Below are positions 51,901-63,000 of a stretch of DNA of 64,000 nucleotides, piece by piece. This DNA is from Eledone cirrhosa (Eukaryota), in NCBI GenBank assembly GCA_964016885.1, contig OZ024751.1:1798001-1862000 (forward strand), in the 5' to 3' direction. Under the pieces are notes generated by a model. It did not search any database. It was not told the origin of the DNA and saw only the letters and a program-made list of their open reading frames with translations. The position numbers and the translations under genes are program-made. Numbering within the stretch: position 1 is the first letter of the stretch; each line of letters begins with the position of its first letter.

Positions 51901-54900
51901 TGTTGTTGATGTTGTTTGTGTTACTGTTGTTGATGGTGTTGGTGTTACTGTTGCTGGTGTTGTTAGTGTTACTGTTGTTGGTGATGTTGGTGTCACTGTT
52001 GTTGGTGTTGTTAGTGTTACTGTTGTTGGTGTTGTTGGTGTTACTGTTGTTGGTGTTGTTTGTGTTACTGTTGTTGGTGTTGTTGGTGTTACTGTTGTTG
52101 GTGTTGTTGGTGTTACTGTTGTTGGTGTTGTTGGTGTTACTGCTTTGGTGTTGTTGGGGTTACTGTTGTTGTTGTTGGTGGTGTTACTGTTGTTGGTGTT
52201 GTTGGTGTTACTGTTGTTGGTGTTGGTGGTGTTACTGTTGTTGGTGTTGTTGGTGTTACTGTTATTGGTGTTACTGTTGTTGGTGTTGGTGGTGTGACTG
52301 TTGTTGTTGTTGTTGTTGGTGTTACTGTTGTTGGTGTTGTTAGTGTTACTGTTGTTGGTGTTGGTAGTGTTACTGTTGTTGGTGTTGTTGGTGTTACTGT
52401 TGTTGGTGTTGTTAGTGTTGCTGTTGTTGGTGTTGTTATTGTTACTGTTGTTGGTGTTGCTGGTGTTACTGTTGTTGGTGTTGTTGGTGTTACTGCTGTT
52501 GGTGTTGTTGGTGTTACTGTTGTTGGTGTTGTTGGTGTTACTGTTGTTGGTGTTATTAGTGTTACTGTTGTTGGTGTTGTTAGTGTTACTTTTGTTGGTG
52601 TTGTTGGTGTTAATGTTGTTGGTGTTGTTAGTGTTACTGTTGTTGGAGTTGTTAGTGTTACTGTTGTTGGTGTTGTTGGTATTACTGTTGTTGGTGTTGT
52701 TAGTGTTACTGTTGTTGGTGTTGTTAGTGTTACTGTTGTTGGTGTTGTTGGTGTTACTGTTGTTGGTGTTGTTGGTGTTACTGTTGTTGGTGTTGTTAGT
52801 GTTACTGTTGTTGGTGTTGTTGGTGTTACTGTTGTTGGTGTTGTTTGTGTTAATGTTGTTGGTGTTGTTGGTGTTACTGTTCTGGTGTTGTTGGTGTTAC
52901 TGTTGTTGGTGTTGTTCTGTTACTGCTTTGGTGTTGTTGGTGTTACTGTTGTTGGTGTTGTTGGTGTTACAGTTGTTGGTGTTGTTGGTGTTAGTGTTGT
53001 TGGTGTTACTGTTGTTGATGTTATTAGTGTTACTGTTGTTGGTGTTGGTGGTGTAACTGTTGTTGGTGTTGTTGGTGTTACTGTTATTGGTGTTACTATT
53101 GTTGGTGTTGGTGGTGTAACTGTTGTTGGTGTTGTTGGTGTTACTGTTGTTGGTGTTGTTAGTGTTACTGTTGTTGGTGTTGTTAGTGTTACTGTTGTTG
53201 GTGTTGTTGGTGTTACTGTTGTTGGTGTTGTTAGTGTTACTGTTGTTGGTGTTGTTATTGTTACTGTTGTTGGTGTTGCTGGTGTTACTGTTGTTGGTGT
53301 TGTTGGTGTTACTGTTGTTGGTGTTGTTGGTGTTACTGTTGTTGGTGTTGTTGGTGTTACTGTTGTTGGTGTTATTAGTGTTACTGTTGTTGGTGTTGTT
53401 AGTGTTACTGTTGTTGGTGTTGTTGGTGTTACTGTTGTTGGTGTTGTTGGTGTTACTGTTGTTGGTGTTGTTGGTGTTACTGTTGTTGGTGTTGTTAGTG
53501 TTACTGTTGTTGGTGTTGTTAGTGTTACTGTTGTCGGTGTTGTTGGTGTTACTGTTGTTGGTGTTGTTGTTGTTACTGTTGTTGATGTTGTTAGTGTTAC
53601 TGTTGTTGGTGTTGTTAGTGTTACTGTTGTTGGTGTTGTTGGTGTTACTGTTGTTGGTGTTGTTGGTGTTACTGTTGTTGGTGTTATTAGTGTTAAAGTT
53701 GTTGGTGTTGTTTGTGTTACTGTTGTTGGTGTTGTTGGTGTTACTGTTGTTGGTGTTATTGGTGTTACTGTTGTTGGTGTTGTTGGTGTTACTGTTGTTG
53801 GTGTTGTTGGTGTTACTGTTGTTGGTGTTGTTAGTGTTACTGTTGTTGGTGTTGTTGGTGTTACTGTTGTTGGTGTTACTGTTGTTGGTGTTGTTTTTGT
53901 TGGTGTTGATGGTGTTGGCGTTACTGTTGTTGGTGTTGTTGGTGTTACGGCTGTTGGTGTTGTTGGTGTTACTGTTGTTGGTGTTGTTACTGTTACTGTT
54001 GTTGGTGTTGTTGGTGTTACTGTTGTTGGTGTTGTTGGTGTTACTGTTGTTGGTGTTGTTGGTGATGGTTTTACTGTTGTTGGTGTTGTTAGTGTTACTG
54101 TTGTTGGTGTTGTTGGTGTTACTGTTGTTGGTGTTGTTAGTGTTACTGTTGTTGGTGTTGTTAGTGTTACTGTTGTTGGTGTTATTGGTGTTACTGTTGT
54201 TGGTGTTGTTGGTGTTACTGTTGTTGGTGTTGTTGGTGTTACTGTTGTTGGTGTTGTTAGTATTAATGTTGTTGGTGTCGTTGGTGTTACTGTTGTTGGT
54301 GTTGGTGGTGTTACTGTTGTTGGTGTTGTTGGTGTTACTGTTGTTGGTGTTGTTGGTGTTACTGTTGTTTGTGTTATTGGTGTTACTGTTGTTGGTGTTG
54401 TTGGTGTTGTTTGTGTTACTGTTGTTGGTGTTGTTGGTGTTACTGGTATTGGTGTTGTTGGTGTTACTGTTGTTGGTTTTGTTGGTGATACTGTTGTTGG
54501 TGTTGTTAGTATTAATGTTGTTGGTGTCGTTGGTGTTACTGTTGTTGGTGTTGTTGGTGTTGCGGTTGTTGGTGTTGTTTGTGTTACTGTTGTTGGTGTT
54601 GTTGGTGTTACTGTTGTTGGTGTTGTTTTTGTTGGTGTTGGTGGTGTTACTGTTGTTGGAGTTGTTGGTGTTACTGCTGTTGGTGTTGTTGGTGTTACTG
54701 TTGTTGGTGTTGTTGGTGTTACTGTTGTTGGTGTTATTTTTCTTGGTGTTGGTGGTGTTACTGTTGTTGGAGCTGTTGGTGTTACTGTTGTTGGAGTTGT
54801 TGGTGTTACTGTTGTTGGTGTTGTTGGTGTTACTGTTGGTATTGTTTTTGTTGGTGTTGGTGGTGTTACTGTTGTTGGAGTTGTTGGTGTTACTGTTGTT

Positions 54901-57900
54901 GGTGTTGTTGGTGTTACAGTTGTTGGTGTTGTTGGTGTTACTGTTGTTGGTGTTGTTGGTGTTACTGTTGTTGGTGTTGTTGGTGTTACTGTTGTTGGTG
55001 ATATTGGTGTTACTGTTGTTGGTGTTGTTGGTGTTACTGTTGTTGGTGTTGTTGGTGTTACTGTTGTTGGTGTTGTTGGTGTTACTGTTGTTGGTGTTGT
55101 TAGTGTTACTGTTGTTGGTGTTGTTAGTGTTACTGTTGTTGGTGTTGTTGGTGTTACTGTTGTTGATGTTATTAGTGTTACTGTTGTTGGTGTTGGTGGT
55201 GTTACTGTTGTTGGTGTTGTTAGTGTTACTGTTATTGGTGTTACTATTGTTGGTGTTGGTGGTGTGACTGTTGTTGGTGTTGTTGGTGTTACTGTTGTTG
55301 GTGTTGTTAGTGTTACTGTTGTTGGTGTTGTTAGTGTTACTGTTGTTGGTGTTGTTGGTGTTACTGTTGTTGGTGTTGTTAGTGTTACTGTTGTTGGTGT
55401 TGTTATTGTTACTGTTGTTGGTGTTGCTGGTGTTACTGTTGTTGGTGTTGTTGGTGTAACTGTTGTTCGTGTTGTTGGTGTTACTGTTGTTGGTGTTGTT
55501 GGTGTTACTGTTGTTGGTGTTATTAGTGTTACTGTTGTTGGTGTTGTTAGTGTTACTGTTGTTGGTGTTGTTGGTGTTACTGTTGTTGGTGTTGTTGGTG
55601 TTACTGTTGTTGGTGTTGTTGGTGTTACTGTTGTTGGTGTTGTTAGTGTTACTGTTGTTGGTGTTGTTAGTGTTATTGTTGTCGGTGTTGTTGGTGTTAC
55701 TGTTGTTGGTGTTGTTGGTGTTACTGTTGTTGGTGTTGTTAGTGTTACTGTTGTTGGTGTTGTTAGTGTTACTGTTGTTGGTGTTGTTGGTGTTACTGTT
55801 GTTGGTGTTGTTGGTGTTACTGTTGTTGGTGTTATTAGTGTTACTGTTGTTGGTGTTGTTTGTGTTACTGTTGTTGGTGTTGTTGGTGTTACTGTTGTTG
55901 GTGTTATTGGTGTTACTGTTGTTGGTGTTGTTGGTGTTACTGTTGTTGGTGTTGTTGGTGTTACTGTTGTTGGTGTTGTTAGTGTTACTGTTGTTGGTGT
56001 TACTGTTGTTGGTGTTACTGTTGTTGGTGTTGTTTTTGTTGGTGTTGATGGTGTTGGTGTTACTGTTGTTGGTGTTGTTGGTGTTACGGCTGTTGGTTTT
56101 GTTGGTGTTACTGTTGTTGGTGTTGTTAGTGTTACTGTTGTTGGTGTTACTGTTGTTGGTGTTGTTGGTGTTGTTGGTGTTACTGTTGTTGGTGTTGTTG
56201 GTGTTACTGTTGTTGGTGTTGTTAGTGTTACTGTTGTTGGTGTTGTTGGTGTTACTGTTGTTGGTGTTGTTAGTGTTACTGTTGTTGGTGTTTTTGGTGT
56301 TACTGTTGTTGGTGTTATTGGTGTTACTGTTGTTGGTGTTGTTGGTGTTACTGTTGTTGGTGTTGTTGGTGTTACTGTTGTTGGTGTTGTTAGTATTAAT
56401 GTTGTTGGTGTCGTTGGTGTTACTGTTGTTGGTGTTGGTGGTGTTACTGTTGTTGGTGTTGTTGGTGTTACTGTTGTTGGTGTTGTTGGTGTTACTGTTG
56501 TTGGTGTTATTGGTGTTACTGTTGTTGGTGTTGTTGGTGTTGTTTGTGTTACTGTTGTTGGTGTTGTTGGTGTTACTGTTATTGGTGTTGTTGGTGTTAC
56601 TGTTGTTGGTGTTGTTGGTGTTACTGTTGTTGGTGTTGTTAGTATTAATGTTGTTGGTGTCGTTGATGTTACTGTTGTTGGTGTTGTTGGTGTTGCTGTT
56701 GTTGGTGTTGTTTGTGTTACTGTTGCTGGTGTTGTTGGTGTTACTGTTGTTGGTGTTTTTTTTGTTGGTGTTGGTGGTGTTACTGTTGTTGGAGTTGTTG
56801 GTGTTACAGTTGTTGGTGTTGTTGGTGTTACTGTTGTTGGTGTTGTTGGTGTTACTGTTGTTGGTGTTGTTGGTGTTACTGTTGTTGGTGGTGTTGGTGT
56901 TACTGTTGTTGGTGTTCATGGTGTTACTGTTATTGGTGTTGGTGGTGTTACTGTTGTTGGTGTTGTTGGTGTTACTGTTGTTGGTGTTGTTGGTGTTACT
57001 GTTGTTGATGTTGTTTGTGTTACTGTTGTTGATGGTGTTGGTGTTACTGTTGCTGGTGTTGTTAGTGTTACTGTTGTTGGTGATGTTGGTGTTACTGTTG
57101 TTGGTGTTGTTAGTGTTACTGTTGTTGGTGTTGTTGGTGTTACTGTTGTTGGTGTTGTTTGTGTTACTGTTGTTGGTGTTGTTGGTGTTACTGTTGTTGG
57201 TGTTGTTGGTGTTACTGTTGTTGGTGTTGTTGGTGTTACTGCTTTGGTGTTGTTGGGGTTACTGTTGTTGTTGTTGTTGGTGTTACTGTTGTTGGTGTTG
57301 TTGGTGTTACTGTTGTTGGTGTTGGTGGTGTTACTGTTGTTGGTGTTGTTGGTGTTACTGTTATTGGTGTTACTGTTGTTGGTGTTGGTGGTGTGACTGT
57401 TGTTGTTGTTGTTGGTGTTACTGTTGTTGGTGTTGTTAGTGTTACTGTTGTTGGTGTTGGTAGTGTTACTGTTGTTGGTGTTGTTGGTGTTACTGTTGTT
57501 GGTGTTGTTAGTGTTGCTGTTGTTGGTGTTGTTATTGTTACTGTTGTTGGTGTTGCTGGTGTTACTGTTGTTGGTGTTGTTGGTGTTACTGCTGTTGGTG
57601 TTGTTGGTGTTACTGTTGTTGGTGTTGTTGGTGTTACTGTTGTTGGTGTTATTAGTGTTACTGTTGTTGGTGTTGTTAGTGTTACTTTTGTTGGTGTTGT
57701 TGGTGTTAATGTTGTTGGTGTTGTTAGTGTTACTGTTGTTGGAGTTGTTAGTGTTACTGTTGTTGGTGTTGTTGGTGTTACTGTTGTTGGTGTTGTTAGT
57801 GTTACTGTTGTTGGTGTTGTTAGTGTTACTGTTGTTGGTGTTGTTGGTGTTACTGTTGTTGGTGTTGTTGGTGTTACTGTTGTTGGTGTTGTTAGTGTTA

Positions 57901-58640
57901 CTGTTGTTGGTGTTGTTGGTGTTACTGTTGTTGGTGTTGTTAGTGTTACTGTTGTTGGTGTTGTTTTTGTTGGTGTTGGTGGTGTTGGTGTTACTGTTGT
58001 TGGTGTTGGTGGTCTTACTGTTGTTGGTGTTGTTGGTGTTACTGTTGTTGGTGTTGTTTTTGTTGGTGTTGGTGGTGTTGGTGTTACTGTTGTTGGTGTT
58101 GGTGGTCTTACTGTTGTTGGTGTTGTTGGTGTTACTGTTGTTGGTGTTGTTGGTGTTACTGTTGTTGGTGTTGTTGGTGTTACTGTTGTTGGTGTTGTTG
58201 GTGTTACTGTTGTTGGTGTTACTGTTGTTGGTGTTGTTTTTGTTGGTGTTGGTGGTGATGGTTTTACTGTTGTTGGTGTTGTTGGTGTTACCGTTGTTGG
58301 TGTTTGTGGTCTTACTGTTGTTGGTGTTGTTGGTATTACTGTTGTTGGTGTTGTTGGTGTTACTGTTGTTGGTGTTATTGGTGTTACTGTTGTTGGTGTT
58401 GTTGGTTTTACTGTTGTTGGTGTTGTTGGTGTTACTGTTGATGGTGTTGTTGGTGTTACTGTTGTTGGTGTTGTTGGTGTTACTGTTGTTGGTGTTGTTG
58501 GTGTTACTGTTGTTGGTGTTGGTGTTACTGTTGTTGGTGTTGTTAGTGTTACTGTTGTTGGTGTTGGTGTTGGTGTTACTGTTGTTGGTGTTGTTGGTGT
58601 TACTGTTGTTGGTGTTGTTGGTGTTGTTGGTGTTACTGTT

Positions 58641-60072
58641 GTGGTGTTGTTAGTGTTACTGTTGGTGTTGTTAGTGTTACAGTTGTTGTTTTTGTTGGTG
58701 TTACTGTTGTTGGTGTTGTCAGTGTTACTGTTGTTGGTGTTGTTAGTGTTACTGTTGTTCGTGTTGTTGGTGTTACTGTTGTTGGTGTTGTTGGTCTTAC
58801 TGTTGTTGGTGATGTTGGTGTTACTGTTGTTGGTGTTGTTGGTTTTACTGTTGTTTGTGTTGTTGGTGTTACTGTTGTTGGTGTTGTTGGTTTTACTGTT
58901 GTTGGTGTTGTTGGTGTTACTGTTGTTGGTGTTGTTGGTGTTACTGTTGTTGGTGTTGTTAGTATTACTGTTGTTGGTGTTGGTGGTGTTACTGTTGTTG
59001 GTGTTGTTGGTGTTACTGTTGTTGGTGTTGTTGGTGTTACTGTTGTTGGTGTTGTTAGTGTTACTGTTGTTGGTGTTGTTGGTGTTACTGTTGTTGGTGT
59101 TGTTGGTGTTACTGTTGTTGGTGTTGTTGGTGTTACTGTTGTTGGTGTTGTTAGTATTACTGTTGTTGGTGTTGGTGGTGTTACTGCTGTTGGTGTTGTT
59201 AGTATTACTGTTGTTGGTGTTGGTGGTGTTACTGTTGTTGGTGTTGTTGGTGTTACTGTTGTTGGTGTTGTTGGTGTTACTGTTGTTGGTGTTGTTAGTA
59301 TTACTGTTGTTGGTGTTGGTGGTGTTACTGTTGTTGGTGTTGTTGGTGTTACTGTTGTGGTGTTGTTAGTGTTACTGTTGTTGGTGTTGTTAGTGTTACA
59401 GTTGTTGTTTTTGTTGGTGTTACTGTTGTTGGTGTTGTCAGTGTTACTGTTGTTGGTGTTGTTAGTGTTACTGTTGTTCGTGTTGTTGGTGTTACTGTTG
59501 TTGGTGTTGTTGGTCTTACTGTTGTTGGTGATGTTGGTGTTACTGTTGTTGGTGTTGTTGGTTTTACTGTTGTTTGTGTTGTTGGTGTTACTGTTGTTGG
59601 TGTTGTTGGTTTTACTGTTGTTGGTGTTGTTGGTGTTACTGTTGTTGGTGTTGTTGGTGTTACTGTTGTTGGTGTTGTTAGTATTACTGTTGTTGGTGTT
59701 GGTGGTGTTACTGTTGTTGGTGTTGTTGGTGTTACTGTTGTTGGTGTTGTTGGTGTTACTGTTGTTGGTGTTGTTAGTGTTACTGTTGTTGGTGTTGTTG
59801 GTGTTACTGTTGTTGGTGTTGTTGGTGTTACTGTTGTTGGTGTTGTTGGTGTTACTGTTGTTGGTGTTGTTAGTATTACTGTTGTTGGTGTTGGTGGTGT
59901 TACTGTTGTTGGTGTTGTTAGTATTACTGTTGTTGGTGTTGGTGGTGTTACTGTTGTTGGTGTTGTTGGTGTTACTGTTGTTGGTGTTGTTGGTGTTACT
60001 GTTGTTGGTGTTGTTAGTATTACTGTTGTTGGTGTTGGTGGTGTTACTGTTGTTGGTGTTGTTGGTGTTACT
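58641..60072. repeat. Tandem duplication, period about 716 bp
   Basis: The GT^GGT deletion is at 58641 and 59357. Each is followed by GTTACAGTTGTTGTTTTTGTT, GTCAGT, GTTCGT, CTTACT and GGTGAT in the same order. Confidence 0.88.
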
Positions 60073-63000
60073 GTTGTTGGTGTTGTTGGTGTTACTGTTG
60101 TTGGTGTTGTTAGTGTTACTGTTGTTGGTGTTGTTGGTGTTACTGTTGTTGGTGTTGGTGGTGTTACTGTTGTTGGTGCTGTTTGTGTTACTGTTGTTGG
60201 TGTTGTTTGTGTTACTGTTGTTGGTGTTGGTGGTGTTACTGTTGTTGGTGTTGTTGGTGTTACTGTTGTTGGTGTTATTAGTGTTACTGTTGTTGGTGTT
60301 GTTGGTGTTACTGTTGTTGGTGTTGTTGGTGTTACTGTTGTTGGTGGTGTTGTCGTTACTGTTGTTGGTGTTGTTAGTGTTACTGTTGTTGGTGTTGTTG
60401 GTGTTACTGTTGTTGGTGTTGTTAGTGTTACTGTTGTTGGTGTTGTTTGTATTATTGTTGTTGGTGTTACTGTTGTTGGTGTTGTTGGTGTTACTGTTGT
60501 TGGTGTTGTTGGTGTTACTGTTGTTGGTGGTGTTGGTGTTACTGTTGTTGGTGTTGTTGGTGTTACTGTTATTGGTGTTGGTGATGTTACTGTTGTTGGT
60601 GTTGTTGGTGTTACTGTTGTTGATGTTGTTTGTGTTACTGTTGTTGATGGTGTTGGTGTTACTGTTGTTGCTGTTGTTAGTGTTACTGTTGTTGGTGATG
60701 TTGGTGTTACTGTTGTTGGTGTTGTTTGTGTTACTGTTGTTGGTGTTGTTGGTGTTACTGTTGTTGGTGTTGTTGGTGTTACTGTTGTTGGTGTTGTTGG
60801 TGTTACTGCTTTGGTGTTGTTGGGGTTACTGTTGTTGGTGTTGTTGGTGTTACTGTTGTTGGTGTTGTTGGTGTTACTGTTGTTGGTGTTGGTGGTGTTA
60901 CTGTTGTTGGTGTTGTTAGTGTTACTGTTATTGGTGTTACTGTTGTTGGTGTTGGTGGTGTGACTGTTGTTGGTGTTGTTGGTGTTACTGTTGTTGGTGT
61001 TGTTAGTGTTACTGTTGTTGGTGTTGTTAGTGTTACTGTTGTTGGTGTTGTTGGTGTTACTGTTGTTGGTGTTGTTAGTGTTACTGTTGTTGGTGTTGTT
61101 ATTGTTACTGTTGTTGGTGTTGTTGGTGTTACTGTTGTTGGTGTTGTTGGTGTTACTGTTGTTGGTGTTGTTAGTGTTACTGTTGTTGGTGTTGTTTTTG
61201 TTGGTGTTGGTGGTGTTCGTGTTACAGTTGTTGGTGTTGGTGGTCTTACTGTTGTTGTTGATGGTGGTGTTACTGTTGTTGGTGTTGTTTTTGTTGGTGT
61301 TGGTGGTGTTGGTGTTACTGTTGTTGGTGTTGGTGGTCTTACTGTTGTTGGTGTTGTTGGTGTTACTGTTGTTGGTGTTGTTGGTGTTACTGTTGTTGGT
61401 GTTGTTGGTGTTGTTGGTGTTACTGTTGCTGGTGTTGTTGGTGTTACTGTTGTTGGTGTTACTGTTGTTGGTGTTGTTTTTGTTGGTGTTGGTGGTGTTG
61501 GTTTTACTGTTGTTGGTGTTGTTGGTGTTACCGTTGTTGGTGTTGGTGGTCTTACTGTTGTTGGTGTTGTTGGTATTACTGTTGTTGGTGTTGTTGGTGT
61601 TACTGTTGTTGGCGTTATTGGTGTTACTGTTGTTGGTGTTGTTGGTTTTACTGTTGTTGGTGTTGTTGGTGTTACTGTTGTTGGTGTTGTTGGTGTTACT
61701 GTTGTTGGTGTTGTTGGTGTTACTGTTGTTGGTGTTGGTGTTACTGTTGTTGGTGTTGTTAGTGTTACTGTTGTTGGTGTTGGTGTTGGTGTTACTGTTG
61801 TTGCTGTTGTTGGTGTTACTGTTGTTGGTGTTGTTGGTGTTACTGTTGTGGTGTTGTTAGTGTTACTGTTGTTGGTGTTGTTAGTGTTACTGTTGTTGTT
61901 TTTGTTGGTGTTACTGTTGTTGGTGTTGTCAGTGTTACTGTTGTTGGTGTTGTTAGTGTTACTGTTGTTGGTGTTGTTGGTGTTACTGTTATTGGTGTTG
62001 TTGGTCTTACTGTTGTTGGTGATGTTGGTGTTACTGTTGTTGGTGTTGTTGGTTTTACTGTTGTTGGTGTTGTTGGTGTTACTGTTGTTGGTGTTGTTGG
62101 TTTTACTGTTGTTGGTGTTACTGTTGTTGGTGTTGTTGGTGTTACTGTTGTTGGTGTTGTTAGTATTACTGTTGTTGGTGTTGGTGGTGTTACTGTTGTT
62201 GGTGTTGTTGGTGTTACTGTTGTTGGTGTTGTTGGTGTTACTGTTGTTGGTGTTGTTAGTGTTACTGTTGTTGGTGTTGTTGGTGTTACTGTTGTTGGTG
62301 TTGTTGGTGTTACTGTTGTTGGTGTTGTTAGTATTACTGTTGTTGGTGTTGTTAGTATTACTGTTGTTGGTGTTGGTGGTGTTACTGTTGTTGGTGTTGT
62401 TGGTGTTACAGTTGTTGGTGTTGTTAGTATTACTGTTGTTGGTGTTGGTGGTGTTACTGTTGTTGGTGTTGTTGGTGTTACTGTTGTTGGTGTTGTTGGT
62501 GTTACTGTTGTTGGTGTTGTTAGTGTTACTGTTGTTGGTGTTGTTGGTGTTACTGTTGTTGGTGTTGGTGGTGTTACTGTTGTTGGTGTTGTTTGTGTTA
62601 CTGTTGTTGGTGTTGTTTGTGTTACTGTTGTTGGTGTTGGTGGTGTTACTGTTGTTGGTGTTGTTGGTGTTACTGTTGTTGGTGGTGTTGGTGTTACTGT
62701 TGTTGGTGGTGTTGGTGTTACTGTTGTTGGTGTTGTTAGTGTTACTGTTGTTGGTGTTGTTGGTGTTACTGTTGTTGGTGTTGTTAGTGTTACTGTTGTT
62801 GGTGTTGTTGGTGTTACTGTTGTTGGTGTTGTTGGTGTTACTGTTGTTGGTGGTGTTTTTGTTACTGTTGTTGGTGTTGTTAGTGTTACTGTTGTTGGTG
62901 TTACTGTTGTTGGTGTTGTTAGTTTTACTGTTGTTGGTGTTGTTTGTGTTATTGTTGTTGGTGTTGGTGGTGTTACTGTTGTTGGTGTTACTGTTGTTGG

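Noticed and set aside
7279-56919. ATGA stop/start overlaps at all 8 CAT variants, suggesting translational coupling or termination-reinitiation
   Set aside because: Every consensus codon of the Asn frame begins with A, so any ATG arising in that frame automatically forms ATGA. The overlap carries no extra information.
3057-57008. Short Cys/Trp-rich ORFs (CYCCWCCW)n resembling metallothioneins or keratin-associated proteins
   Set aside because: These are the TGT/TGG/TAC frame of the same repeat. They are open only between AGT variants that create TAG, and they contain no unique sequence.
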